Positions 1-9,016 of a DNA stretch of 30,460 bases are shown here, in pieces (within the stretch, counting starts at the first letter, position 1; each line of letters starts with the position of its first letter). Position numbers and translations under genes: made by a program. The stretch covers positions 1 to 30,460 of IMG/VR virus record IMGVR_UViG_3300048852_000107, one strand, 5' to 3'. Under the pieces are notes generated by a model, which saw nothing but the letters and a program-made list of their open reading frames with translations, was not told the origin of the DNA and did not search any database. This stretch comes from a virus (taxonomy: Duplodnaviria; Caudoviricetes).

Positions 1-156
1 TTATCCTGCTGAATCAGGCGTGTCAGGCTCTGGCGCAGGCTTGCACCTCGCCACCTTCGTTAGCCGCTCATCCCAGCGCGCTTCATCCTCATCGCCCTCG
101 ACCTCGCGGGCGAGTTCCTTGAACTTGTCGAGCTGGGTGCGCGGTTCGTCAGGCAT
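1..156 (-). CDS. small hypothetical protein (51 aa, MPDEPRTQLDKFKELAREVEGDEDEARWDERL...)
   Basis: ATG at 156 preceded by GAGG, TAA at 1-3; charged helical composition. Confidence 0.6.
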   Translation of the reverse strand: MPDEPRTQLDKFKELAREVEGDEDEARWDERLTKVARCKPAPEPDTPDSAG

Positions 157-177
157 CCTCGTCCTCGTCGTCCAGTC

Positions 178-367
178 GCGACGTCGTTGATCACCTCGGC
201 ACGCGGCCGGCGCCGGCGGCGCAGGAAGATCCCGCCCATGCCGACGAACGGCTCGGCGTAGAGATCGCACTCCACCGCGTCGATGATCCGCACGAGCCGG
301 GAGGCCAGGTTGCGCTTTCCACCGATATATCCCGCGGCGGGTGCCACTGAACACTGGTACTGGACAT
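178..367 (-). pseudogene. truncated, frameshifted Dam/D12-class DNA adenine methyltransferase remnant
   Basis: Contains YIGGKRNLA, YAEPFVGMGGIF (motif I) and EVIND, then diverges; no DPPY motif. The ATG at 367 (MSSTSV) is out of frame with the VAPAAGY segment. Confidence 0.8.
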
Positions 368-466
368 GTAGGATTTCGCTCTCTTGTAGGAACCCCGCCC
401 GAGAATTTCCGGGTGCGGGATGGCCGGACTGGCCGATCTGCCATGGCGAGCGTATCCTCGTCGGTG

Positions 467-522
467 AGCCGAGCCGCCACTCGGCTTGCCCCCGCCCGGC
501 CCTTGGTCCGGGCGGGGCGCAA
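467..522. other. tandem hairpins downstream of the portal gene
   Basis: AGCCGAG/CTCGGCT (467-486) and a perfect 10-bp stem CCCCGCCCGG/CCGGGCGGGG (490-517); no U-tract. Confidence 0.5.
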
Positions 523-1581
523 TCATGCCGCCACGGCGGCTACGCGCTCCCGGAAGCGCACGATCTCGCGCCCCGTCTCGTCGTTGAGCTGCAGGAAGCG
601 CGCCTGCAGCGGCGCGATCTCCAGCTCGAAGAACGTGTCGGTCGCCTGCAGGGGGTTGCCGAAGCCGCTCGATCCCTGTGCCGGCACGATGCCGAGCAGC
701 TGGGGCGGCACGCGATGCGCGGCGAGCACATCGTCGCGCGTCGCGTTCTTGATGCCCAAAAACTCGTCCTTCGCGCCCACCTCGGCGATCGGCAGGATCT
801 TGAGGCTCCCTTCCTTCCCGCCCGGCGCATGGACGAACAGGTTCTTGAAGTTGCCCGGCCCCTTGGACTTTTTCAGCGCATCGCGGAGCGCGTTGGTGTC
901 GTTCTCGTCGATGTCGCCTGTTGCATAGAGGATGTACCCGGCGTGGCTGCCGTTGAGGTAGTAGCGCCGGCGGAACAGCGTCGCCGCCTCGTTTAGCAGC
1001 GCCGACTGCAGCGCGCTCAGATATTCGGGAACCCCATAGATCTCCTGGTTGATGTCGGGCTGGCGCAGCATGAACACGCTGCCGGGCCGGAACTCGGTCT
1101 CTTGTCGATATCCCGGCACGAAGAAGTAGCGCCCCTCCCCCACGCCGCGGCGCGTGTATTTCGCCAGCGCATGCTCATAGCGAAGCACGCCGCCCAGCAC
1201 ATTGCGCCGCTCCTCTAGGAAGCCAAAGCCGAACACCAGATAGTCCTGCACCATCGCCTCGAATGCGGCACGGCTAAGCAGTGGCGAGGGCTCGAACGAA
1301 GCGACCAGCAGGTTGCGCTTGAGATAGATGGCGCTGCTGTGGTGCGGAGAGACGCGGAACGCGCGCGCCAGGCCGTCGACGGGAATCGGCGGCTCGTACC
1401 AGCGAGCGTTGTGGACGCATTCCAGCATGTCGATCAGCTCGCGCCGGCCCAGCACCGGCTCCGGATCGCCGAAGCTGAATGCCAGCTCCCGCGATTGCGT
1501 GCTCGCGCTCGCCTCGATGGCTCCAGGCGCCGCCGCCGCCGATTCCACCCGCGACATTCGCCGCGTCCTCCGCTTCGCCAT
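523..1581 (-). CDS. Q: phage portal protein (PBSX/P2 gpQ family)
   Basis: FSFGDPEPV, WYEPP, PDINQEIYGVPEY, KGPGNFKNLF and HRVPPQL motifs; start taken at the ATG at 1581. Confidence 0.95.
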   Translation of the reverse strand: MAKRRTRRMSRVESAAAAPGAIEASASTQSRELAFSFGDPEPVLGRRELIDMLECVHNARWYEPPIPVDGLARAFRVSPHHSSAIYLKRNLLVASFEPSPLLSRAAFEAMVQDYLVFGFGFLEERRNVLGGVLRYEHALAKYTRRGVGEGRYFFVPGYRQETEFRPGSVFMLRQPDINQEIYGVPEYLSALQSALLNEAATLFRRRYYLNGSHAGYILYATGDIDENDTNALRDALKKSKGPGNFKNLFVHAPGGKEGSLKILPIAEVGAKDEFLGIKNATRDDVLAAHRVPPQLLGIVPAQGSSGFGNPLQATDTFFELEIAPLQARFLQLNDETGREIVRFRERVAAVAA

Positions 1582-3388
1582 CGATGATCTCCATGCGCGT
1601 CTTCGGCCGCGCCTTGCCGTCCAGGGGTTCGTTGATGAGGATGTGCATGATCGCCCAGGCCAGATCGGCATGGCCGATGTCGTCGCTGCGGCTCGCCTTG
1701 AAGGTGATCGCCGCGCCCGATCGGGTGAGCGCCTTCTTGATCGACAGGAAGCTCGACTGAACGTCGATCCACCCGGCGTCGAACTCGATCCGCTGGCGGG
1801 CGAAGCTGTGCTGCGCTTTCATCACCATCGTCGCCTTCGCCTCGAGCGAATATTCGATCTTGGTAAGGCCGCGCACATTCTCGCGCTGCAGGCACTGATA
1901 GACGCCGGCGCCGACGCCGCCGGCGTCCACGCCCAGATAGGTGCAGTTGTAGCGCGTCAGGCGCGCAACGATGAACTCGGCCTGCGCCTGGAAGTCGAGC
2001 CCGCGCAGCTGGTGGCGCTCGATCAGCCGGAACTTGCCGCTCGGCCCTTCCGGCGGCAGCGCGATCACCAGCGCGGCATTGTCCCCGTCCTCGCTCTCCT
2101 GCGGGTCATAGCCCGCCCACACCGGTCGATTGCCCACCGGCTTCGGCGCCAGCAGATCCACGTCGCGCCAGTCCACCACGGCGTCCACCGTCGCGCGCTG
2201 CAGCTCGTTGAACTTGAAGGCCGACAGGCTGTCGTCGACGAACTGGCACATCAGCAGGTTGGCGAATTCGTCGGGCGCATATTCGATGCGCAGCTCGTCG
2301 ATGTCGAACAGGTCGCACCCGCGCGCCGCAGCATCCTCGATCGTCACGATCTGGCGCCAGATATTGTCCTCGCAGAGCACGCCCGCCTTCAGCCGGGCAT
2401 GGCTCACGTCGATCGTGACGCGGTTTTCCTTCTTCACCCGGCGGTTGCGGCGCTCTCCGGTCCAATAGGGGTGCGCCTGGTGCGCGACGCTCGACGGGGT
2501 GGAGAAGTAGGTCCGGCGCCAGCGCTTGTGCATCGCCATGGCGCTGGCGACCTTGTTCAGCTCTTCAAACCCATAGGTCCAGAAAAACTCGTCGAAGTAG
2601 AAATTGCCGTGGTAGCCTTGCGCGGTGCGGGCGTTGGTGCCGAGGAAGATCAGCTCGGCCGCGGGCTCCCCTTCCGGCATCGTGTCCGCGGTCACCACGA
2701 TCGGATCGCCGGTCAGCTTCACGCCCACGCGCGCCGCGAACTGGATGATGTAGCCGCGAAAGATATGCGCCTGGTTCTTGGAGGCGGACAGGAAGATTTG
2801 GTTGCCGCCGCCGCGCAGCGCGTCGAGCAGCGCCTCCCGGGCGAAATACCAGGTCGCGCCGATCTGGCGCGATTTCAGGATCATGCGGGTGCGCTGGTCC
2901 TTCGCCGCCCACCAATCCTCCTGGTAACCGAACAGCTCCTCCTCGAAGATCGCCTCGAGCTGCTCCACCTGCTGGCAAGTGAAGTGGTTCTTCTTCGCCT
3001 TCTTCTTCTCGCCGGCGTTTCGGTTTGCCACCTTCTCGTTGAGGTCGCCCTCGTGCCCGCCCGGCGCCTCGTACCGGCGCACCCGCGCGGTCGAGACCAC
3101 CGCACGCATCAGCAGGTCGATTTCCTTGAAGTCGCCGCCCGTCTTCGCATCCTTGGCGATCAGCAGGTTGAGCCGGCACTCGAGCGCGTCTTCGATCTTC
3201 GCGATCGACGGCGCATCGTCCCACTTCTCGCGGTCCTTCCACGCCTGCACGGTCGATCGGTTGAGCCCCAGCTCCCCCGCGATCTGGGTGATCCCCCACC
3301 CGCGCCAATAGAGGCTGCGCGCCTGGCGGCGCGCGTCGACCGGGATCGGCATGGTCGATGCTGGCAGGGGTTCGTCGATCGGCGTCAT
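1274..3388 (-). CDS. P: terminase ATPase subunit (P2 gpP), with a ~102 aa read-through tail over the portal gene
   Basis: N-terminal HTH (LYWRGW), LKSRQIGATWYFAREA, YFDEFFW (Walker B) and GHADLAWA motifs. Confidence 0.95.
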   Translation of the reverse strand: MTPIDEPLPASTMPIPVDARRQARSLYWRGWGITQIAGELGLNRSTVQAWKDREKWDDAPSIAKIEDALECRLNLLIAKDAKTGGDFKEIDLLMRAVVSTARVRRYEAPGGHEGDLNEKVANRNAGEKKKAKKNHFTCQQVEQLEAIFEEELFGYQEDWWAAKDQRTRMILKSRQIGATWYFAREALLDALRGGGNQIFLSASKNQAHIFRGYIIQFAARVGVKLTGDPIVVTADTMPEGEPAAELIFLGTNARTAQGYHGNFYFDEFFWTYGFEELNKVASAMAMHKRWRRTYFSTPSSVAHQAHPYWTGERRNRRVKKENRVTIDVSHARLKAGVLCEDNIWRQIVTIEDAAARGCDLFDIDELRIEYAPDEFANLLMCQFVDDSLSAFKFNELQRATVDAVVDWRDVDLLAPKPVGNRPVWAGYDPQESEDGDNAALVIALPPEGPSGKFRLIERHQLRGLDFQAQAEFIVARLTRYNCTYLGVDAGGVGAGVYQCLQRENVRGLTKIEYSLEAKATMVMKAQHSFARQRIEFDAGWIDVQSSFLSIKKALTRSGAAITFKASRSDDIGHADLAWAIMHILINEPLDGKARPKTRMEIIDGEAEDAANVAGGIGGGGAWSHRGEREHAIAGAGIQLRRSGAGAGPARADRHAGMRPQRSLVRAADSRRRPGARVPRLSAPQQRHLSQAQPAGRFVRALATA

Positions 3389-3433
3389 TGCGCGGCGAAC
3401 CTAGCCACGCATCCCTCCGCCGATTGAGCAGCG

Positions 3434-3462
3434 GGCCTTGTAGAGCCGCCTAATACAAGGCC
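3434..3462. promoter_or_regulatory. putative Ogr-binding late-promoter palindrome for the divergent P and O operons
   Basis: GGCCTTGTA-N11-TACAAGGCC (TGT-N13-ACA); the motif recurs upstream of J and V. Confidence 0.8.
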
Positions 3463-3557
3463 GCTCGCTTGAGAAACGGCGTGCCTTGACCCCCTTTTCG
3501 CCGGGTCAGCGCGGCTGCGGCCGCCACCATCGAACCGATCACGGGGACCGCACCGCC

Positions 3558-4391
3558 ATGGGCAAGAAGAGCAAGTTCTTCCGCGCTTTCGTCGAAGGCC
3601 AGACGATCAGCGACGGCCGCGTCATCACCGCGGAGATGATCGATGAGATCGTCGCGACGTTCAACACCGATACCTACACCCCGCGCATCAACATCGAGCA
3701 CATCTCCGGCTACAGCCCGGAGCCTCCGTTCAACGGCTATGGCGACGTCGTCGCGGTGAAGGCCGAAGACGTCGAGCTGCAGATCGCCGGCAAGACTGAA
3801 AAGCGCCGCGCGCTCTATGCGCAGGTCGCGGGCAACGACCAGCTCGTGAAGCTGGCCGATGCCGACCAGAAGCCATTTCCCTCGGTCGAGCTCACGCCCA
3901 GCTACGCCGGCAGCGACAAGTTCGGGCTGATCGGGCTCGCCCTCACAGACAAGCCCGCCAGCATCGGCACCGAGAAACTGCAGTTCTCGCGCAGCGCTCC
4001 CGGCACCGTCTTCTCCGCCTCGACCGATGGCGTCGAGATCGAATTCGAAGAGTCGGCAGCCGACGCATCGAAGGTGGAAAGCGCGGTCGCCGGCTTCTTC
4101 TCGGCGCTGGCCGCGAAGTTCAAGTCTCCCGAGGAGGAGAAGCCAAAGAAGGCGGATCCGGTCACCCCGACGCCCGCCCCGGCCAACGACAATTTCGCGG
4201 CCTTCGCGACCGAGATGGGCCAGACCGTCGCCGCGGCGATCACCGCAGCCGTGAAGCCGTTCAGCGAGGCGAACGCCGCCCTGCAGAGCGAGTTCGCCAC
4301 GATCAAGGCGAAGCTCGAGCAGACGCCGGAACAGGGCTTCAACCGCAAACCGGCGAGCGGCGGCTGCAACACGGTCCAGACCGACTGCTGA
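3558..4391 (+). CDS. O: capsid scaffolding protein (gpO)
   Basis: SKFFRAFVEGQTISDGRVI, RINIEH, GLALTDKPASIGTEKLQFS, C-terminal TDC. Confidence 0.93.
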   Translation: MGKKSKFFRAFVEGQTISDGRVITAEMIDEIVATFNTDTYTPRINIEHISGYSPEPPFNGYGDVVAVKAEDVELQIAGKTEKRRALYAQVAGNDQLVKLADADQKPFPSVELTPSYAGSDKFGLIGLALTDKPASIGTEKLQFSRSAPGTVFSASTDGVEIEFEESAADASKVESAVAGFFSALAAKFKSPEEEKPKKADPVTPTPAPANDNFAAFATEMGQTVAAAITAAVKPFSEANAALQSEFATIKAKLEQTPEQGFNRKPASGGCNTVQTDC

Positions 4392-4447
4392 TCACCTCTC
4401 GCCGATCCACACCGCCACATCCCAGAATTTCTCGCCAGGAGCCCCCG

Positions 4448-5506
4448 ATGCGCAACGAAACCCGCCTGCTCTACACCGCGCTCGTCACCCAGGTCGCCGG
4501 CCTCAACGGCGTCGCGGACGCCACCGTGCGCTTCTCGGTCGCGCCGGCGATCGAGCAGAAGCTGGAGGAGAATATCCAGCACTCGAGCGAGTTCCTGCAG
4601 CTCGTCAACATCATCCCCGTCGATCAGCAGGAGGGCGACAAGGTCGGCTTCGGCGTCACCCGTCCGATCGCGAGCCGCACGGCCACCAATAGCGCGAACG
4701 GCACGCGCCGGCGCCCGATCGATCCGACCGACACCAACGACAAGGGCCGCTATCGCTGCGAGCAGACCAACAGCGACGTCACGATCAAATATTCGAAGCT
4801 CGACGCCTGGCGCCACAAGCCAGAGTTCCAGACCCTCTATCGCGACACGATCGTCAAGCAGCAGGGCCGCGATCGCATCATGATCGGCTGGAACGGCGTC
4901 AACTGCGCCGCCACCACCGATATCGTCGCCAATCCGCTCCTGCAGGACGTGAACTATGGTTGGCTCTACAAGATCCGCGAGTTCGCGCCGGAACGCCACC
5001 TGGATGATGGCGCGCTGAGCGTGGATCCGACCAAGGCGATCTATGTCGCCGCTGGCGAGGTGGGCGTCGAGGTCGACTATGTGAACCTCGACGCACTGGT
5101 GCACGACGCGACCGAGCTGCTCGACGAATGGCACCGCGACGATACCGACCTGGTCGTGATCGTCGGCCGCGACCTGGTCCACGACAAGTACCACAACATC
5201 ATCAACGCTGCCGGCGACACGGCAACGGAGATGGAGGCGCGCGACCGCATCCTCACCCTGCCCAAGCAGATCGGCGGCAAGAAGGCGGTGATGGTGCCGT
5301 TCTTCCCCCAGAACGCGCTGCTCATCACCAGCCTGGATAACCTGTCGATCTACGTCCAGAACGAGACGCGCCGCCGCCAGATGCGCGACGAGCCCGAGTT
5401 CGACCAGGTCGCCGACTATCAGTCGGTGAACGAAGCCTATGTGGTCGAGGATTACGGCCGCTGCGCCTTCGTCGAAAACATCGTCATGGCCAAGAAGCCG
5501 GCCTGA
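4448..5506 (+). CDS. N: major capsid protein (P2 family gpN)
   Basis: MRNETR start, DRIMIGWNG, NPLLQDVN.GWL and YQSVNEAYVVEDY motifs. Confidence 0.96.
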   Translation: MRNETRLLYTALVTQVAGLNGVADATVRFSVAPAIEQKLEENIQHSSEFLQLVNIIPVDQQEGDKVGFGVTRPIASRTATNSANGTRRRPIDPTDTNDKGRYRCEQTNSDVTIKYSKLDAWRHKPEFQTLYRDTIVKQQGRDRIMIGWNGVNCAATTDIVANPLLQDVNYGWLYKIREFAPERHLDDGALSVDPTKAIYVAAGEVGVEVDYVNLDALVHDATELLDEWHRDDTDLVVIVGRDLVHDKYHNIINAAGDTATEMEARDRILTLPKQIGGKKAVMVPFFPQNALLITSLDNLSIYVQNETRRRQMRDEPEFDQVADYQSVNEAYVVEDYGRCAFVENIVMAKKPA

Positions 5507-5554
5507 TCCGTCGGCTTCTCCTCCCCGTAGCCCGCTCGCCCCAAAGGAACCGCA

Positions 5555-6418
5555 ATGAGCCTCGCACGCAAGCACCGGGACGCCATGATGGCGGCCTTGG
5601 CAGCCAAGTCTGAACCGGCGGTCGCTCCTGTTGTGGCGGGCGGGCTCACCCCCGATACGACGCCCCCCTCGGCGGGGGCACCCGCACGGCCGAGCCTCGC
5701 CCGCGCCGCACGCGACCGCGCGCTCTCCCAGGCATCCGCCTCGGCAGAGCGTGCGGTCGCGCCTGAGCTGGACGCCGGAACGCCCGAGCAGCGCGCCGCC
5801 GCGCAGATGCAGCTGCGCCTGCAGCACGATCTCCGCCGGCTGAAGGACATCCAGTCGATTGAGAAGAAGATCGAGGCGAAGCGCGAGATGCTGCCGGAAT
5901 ATGCGGCATGGGTCGAAGGCTTGGTAGCGGCGGATGCTCCGACCACGGACGAAGTGCTGCCCACCGTCATGATCTGGCGGATCGATACCGGTGACTTCGC
6001 TGGCGCGCTTACCCTCGCCGAGCATGTCCTCGCCCACGATGTTCCCCTGCCCGCTCGCTACGAACGTACCGCTCCCGCGCTGATCGTCGAGGAGATCGCT
6101 ACCGCCGCCCTCAAGGCGCAGGGCGCCGGCGAGAGCTTCGCACTCGAGATCCTCGAGCGTGTCGCCGAGCTTACCGCCGATGCGGACATGCACGACGAAA
6201 TCCGCGCCAAGCTGGCGAAGGCCATTGGCGTCGAGCAGATGCGCGCCGCCGAGGATGGGGCGGCCGAGCCGCTGGCGCAGGCTTCTGCTGCCGCGATTGC
6301 GCTCGGCACGCTCCGCCGCGCCCAGCAGCTCAATGAGCGAGTCGGCGTCAAGGACCGGATCAAGCGGCTCGAGAAGATGCTCGCGCCGCCCAAGGAACCC
6401 GCGGCCGCCGCCGCCTGA
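5555..6418 (+). CDS. M: terminase small/endonuclease subunit (gpM)
   Basis: LKDIQSIEKK, VMIWRIDTGD, DMHDEIRAKL and GVKDRIKRLE motifs; position after N. Confidence 0.92.
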   Translation: MSLARKHRDAMMAALAAKSEPAVAPVVAGGLTPDTTPPSAGAPARPSLARAARDRALSQASASAERAVAPELDAGTPEQRAAAQMQLRLQHDLRRLKDIQSIEKKIEAKREMLPEYAAWVEGLVAADAPTTDEVLPTVMIWRIDTGDFAGALTLAEHVLAHDVPLPARYERTAPALIVEEIATAALKAQGAGESFALEILERVAELTADADMHDEIRAKLAKAIGVEQMRAAEDGAAEPLAQASAAAIALGTLRRAQQLNERVGVKDRIKRLEKMLAPPKEPAAAAA

Positions 6419-6536
6419 CAAGCTCGCCCCCCGGCGCTCGGGGGCGGATCGCGCGCGATGGGAGGGGCTTCGTGCCTGAGGGCCATCGCTGACCCGGTCC
6501 CCACCCCCGTAACTGGCGGGCTGCGATGAGGAAGCC

Positions 6537-6737
6537 ATGCACTATCTCAACGCCCTCGCCCTGTTCGCCGCCGCGGCACTGCTCTGCTTCTGCGTCGTCG
6601 CCTCCGTCGCCGGAATGATGACTGCCATCCTCGACGACGATCGGCACGCCCAGGCCGCGGGGATCGCAGCGGCCACCGGCGGCTTCGCCGGCGCGATCGC
6701 CGCCCTGGCAATCATCTCGCGCCTGGTGATGCTGTGA
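6537..6737 (+). CDS. small hypothetical membrane protein (66 aa, two hydrophobic segments)
   Basis: GAGGAAG RBS; stop overlaps the L start (GTGA). Confidence 0.6.
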   Translation: MHYLNALALFAAAALLCFCVVASVAGMMTAILDDDRHAQAAGIAAATGGFAGAIAALAIISRLVML

Positions 6738-7207
6738 GCGGCTTTTCCTGCACCCCCTCGCTCGTGCCGCCCCCCGGGCAGCCCGCGGCCGATCCGATCG
6801 CCAACGACGGCTGGTTCCCGGCAATCGATCCCGCAGTGCTGCGCGAGGAGCGCCGGATCCGTGATGCCGTCACCGCCGATCGCCTGCGCGCTGCGGTGCT
6901 CGAGGCGATGATCTGGACCAACGATCAGCTCGCCGAGTGGCGCGCCGCCCAGACTGCCGACAGCTTCGAAGGCGTGCCCTCGCTCCCCCTCGCCGGCGAG
7001 ACCCGCAACCTGGTGCTCTATCGCACCGCTGTCGGCGCCTGGACCAAGGCGCTGCTGGTCGAGCGCCAGCGCGATACGGATCTCACCGGCGCCGGGCAGC
7101 GCAAGGTCGAGGAGCTGGATGAATCGATCGGCGAGCTGCGCCGCGACGCGCTCCACGCCGTGCGCGGGATCCTCGGCCGCACCCGAACCTGCGTCGAGCT
7201 GATCTGA
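6734..7207 (+). CDS. L: head completion/stabilisation protein (gpL)
   Basis: IANDGWFPAID, LYRTAV and ILGRTRTCVELI motifs. Confidence 0.9.
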   Translation: MSGFSCTPSLVPPPGQPAADPIANDGWFPAIDPAVLREERRIRDAVTADRLRAAVLEAMIWTNDQLAEWRAAQTADSFEGVPSLPLAGETRNLVLYRTAVGAWTKALLVERQRDTDLTGAGQRKVEELDESIGELRRDALHAVRGILGRTRTCVELI

Positions 7208-7422
7208 TGGCGGATCGCATTACCTCGGCACAGGGCGATACGCTCGACGAACTGCTCTGGCGCGAACGCGGCCTTGGCATCGACGCGGTCGACGCTGTGC
7301 TCGCCGCCAATCCCGGCCTCGCGGATCTCGGCCCCATCCTCCCGATCGGCACGCCGGTCATCATCCCCACGATCGCCACCCCCGCTGTCCAGGTGCGCGA
7401 GATCGTCCAGCTCTGGAGTTGA
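7207..7422 (+). CDS. X: tail protein X
   Basis: AQGDTLDELLWR, ANPGLADLGPILPIGT and VQLWS motifs. Confidence 0.92.
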   Translation: MADRITSAQGDTLDELLWRERGLGIDAVDAVLAANPGLADLGPILPIGTPVIIPTIATPAVQVREIVQLWS

Positions 7423-7424
7423 GC

Positions 7425-7775
7425 ATGCCGGCCAAGCTGCAAGTCTTCCTCGACGCCCTCCTCACGCTCCTCGCCGGCCTTGCCCCCGGCGCGCTCGGCG
7501 CCGCTGTCGGCATGGCGTGGAAGAAGGGGCTCACCTGGCGCGATCGCTTCGTGCAGCTCGCGGTGGGCATTGTCGTTAGCTGGTTCGCCACGCGCGCGCT
7601 GGGCGCAATCTATCCCCATTGGGATCCGTTCGTGCTTCAGGCGGCGGCGTTCACGGTCGGCATGATCGCGTTCGAAGCCACGCCGCGCTTCATCGCGGCC
7701 GCGGCCGACGCGATCGCCTCCATTCCTGCGCGCCTCGCAGATCGATTCCTCCCCGGCAGAAAGGATGGCGAATGA
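7425..7775 (+). CDS. probable holin
   Basis: About three hydrophobic segments; located between X and the endolysin. Confidence 0.7.
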   Translation: MPAKLQVFLDALLTLLAGLAPGALGAAVGMAWKKGLTWRDRFVQLAVGIVVSWFATRALGAIYPHWDPFVLQAAAFTVGMIAFEATPRFIAAAADAIASIPARLADRFLPGRKDGE

Positions 7776-8275
7776 GCACGCCCACCAAGCTTGCGCGCCG
7801 GCCCAAGTCCCTGATCGCGGCGATCGGCGTCGCCGCGGCGCTGATCGTCTCGCCGCTCGTCGCCAAATGGGAGAGCGGCGGAAAGCAGCACCTCGCCGCC
7901 TATCGCGACATCGTCGGCATCTGGACGATTTGCGACGGCGACACCAGCAACGTGCGCCCCGGCATGGTCGAGACGCCGGAAGGCTGCGAGCGCCGCCTCG
8001 AGGCGCAGCTCGTGGCCCATGCCGAGCCGGTACTTCGCTGCACGCCGGGCCTTCGCGATCGCCCCGATCAGCTCGCCGCCGCGGTGAGCCTCGCCTACAA
8101 TATCGGCACCGGCGCCTATTGCGGCTCGACCGTCGCGCGCCGGTTCAACACGGGCGACATCCGCGGCGCCTGCGACGCTTTCCTCATGTGGACCAAGGCC
8201 GGCGGCCGCGTCGTCCAGGGCCTGGTCAATCGGCGCCGTGACGAACGCAGCATCTGCCTTCGGGGGCTCGCATGA
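7772..8275 (+). CDS. endolysin, GH24 lysozyme with probable N-terminal SAR domain
   Basis: Ala-rich hydrophobic N-terminus, then WE...YRDIVGIWTICDG, AYNIG and GLVNRR. Confidence 0.9.
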   Translation: MSTPTKLARRPKSLIAAIGVAAALIVSPLVAKWESGGKQHLAAYRDIVGIWTICDGDTSNVRPGMVETPEGCERRLEAQLVAHAEPVLRCTPGLRDRPDQLAAAVSLAYNIGTGAYCGSTVARRFNTGDIRGACDAFLMWTKAGGRVVQGLVNRRRDERSICLRGLA

Positions 8276-8778
8276 TGGCCGCCTTGGCAGTGGGGCGCTG
8301 GATCTCCGGCGCGCGCGAATGGCTCGTGCTCCTCGCCGTCGCTGCAGTCGCCGCCTGGTTCTATGTCGACGCCCGCCAGATGCGCGCCGACCGCGATGCC
8401 TGGGCGCGCTGGGGAGACCAGCTCTGCGCGTTCGCCGGCGCCAACACCGCGCCCGCGACGGTGGAAGTCCAGACCGACAAGGGCAAGCGCAGGGTCGAGA
8501 AGGGCCGCGGCCAGCTCTGCGCGGAGGCGGTGCAGGATCTCGCGGCCTTCAAGGCGCGCAGCCAGACCGAGTCTGCCCGTCTGCTCGCGGAGGCCCAGCG
8601 CGAACGTGAGCAGAAGGCAGCAGCCGATCGTGCCGCGTCCCACAGCGACGCCGCCGATCGGCGCGCGGCGCAGGCGAAAATGGAGGAAGTAGATGCGCAG
8701 GTTGGCGATGACGATCGCGTTGGCGGCGACTGGTTCGCTCGCCTCAATGAGCTTGCAGGGCTGCACCGGCGCCGTTGA
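8272..8778 (+). CDS. probable i-spanin (Rz-like)
   Basis: N-terminal TM segment plus helical/coiled-coil periplasmic region; follows the endolysin. Confidence 0.7.
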   Translation: MMAALAVGRWISGAREWLVLLAVAAVAAWFYVDARQMRADRDAWARWGDQLCAFAGANTAPATVEVQTDKGKRRVEKGRGQLCAEAVQDLAAFKARSQTESARLLAEAQREREQKAAADRAASHSDAADRRAAQAKMEEVDAQVGDDDRVGGDWFARLNELAGLHRRR

Positions 8779-9016
8779 ACGCCGCGCGCCCGAGGTGATC
8801 GCCGTGCCGGTGAGGGACACGCCGCCCGCAGACCTGCTCGCCTGCCCCGAAGCTGCTGAGCCCTTTCCCACGGACGCGCAGGCCACCATGCCGGCAGCGG
8901 TACGCGGGCCGCTCGCGGGGCTCGCGATCGGCTATCGCGATCTCTTCGACCGCACTGAGCGGCTGATCAACTGGATCGCTCCGGGGACCTGCCCCGCAGG
9001 AGCCCCGCGCCCGTGA
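8693..9016 (+). CDS. probable o-spanin lipoprotein (Rz1-like)
   Basis: Signal peptide with LQGC lipobox; Pro-rich mature part; overlaps the i-spanin 3' end in another frame. Confidence 0.72.
   Translation: MRRLAMTIALAATGSLASMSLQGCTGAVERRAPEVIAVPVRDTPPADLLACPEAAEPFPTDAQATMPAAVRGPLAGLAIGYRDLFDRTERLINWIAPGTCPAGAPRP

Noticed and set aside
383-405. Fourth Ogr-like site (CTTGTAG) near the methyltransferase remnant
   Set aside because: Only one half-site matches; there is no ACA at N13.
505-523. Possible cos site (GGCGGGG core, as in P2 cos)
   Set aside because: The match is only 7 nt and is explained by the hairpin arm; cos cannot be assigned.
3902-6538. 878-aa minus-strand ORF and similar long shadow ORFs (1328-3427, 16513-18000, 19937-21427, 24381-25436)
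   Set aside because: They are antisense to well-supported genes, have no motifs, and are expected in high-GC coding DNA.
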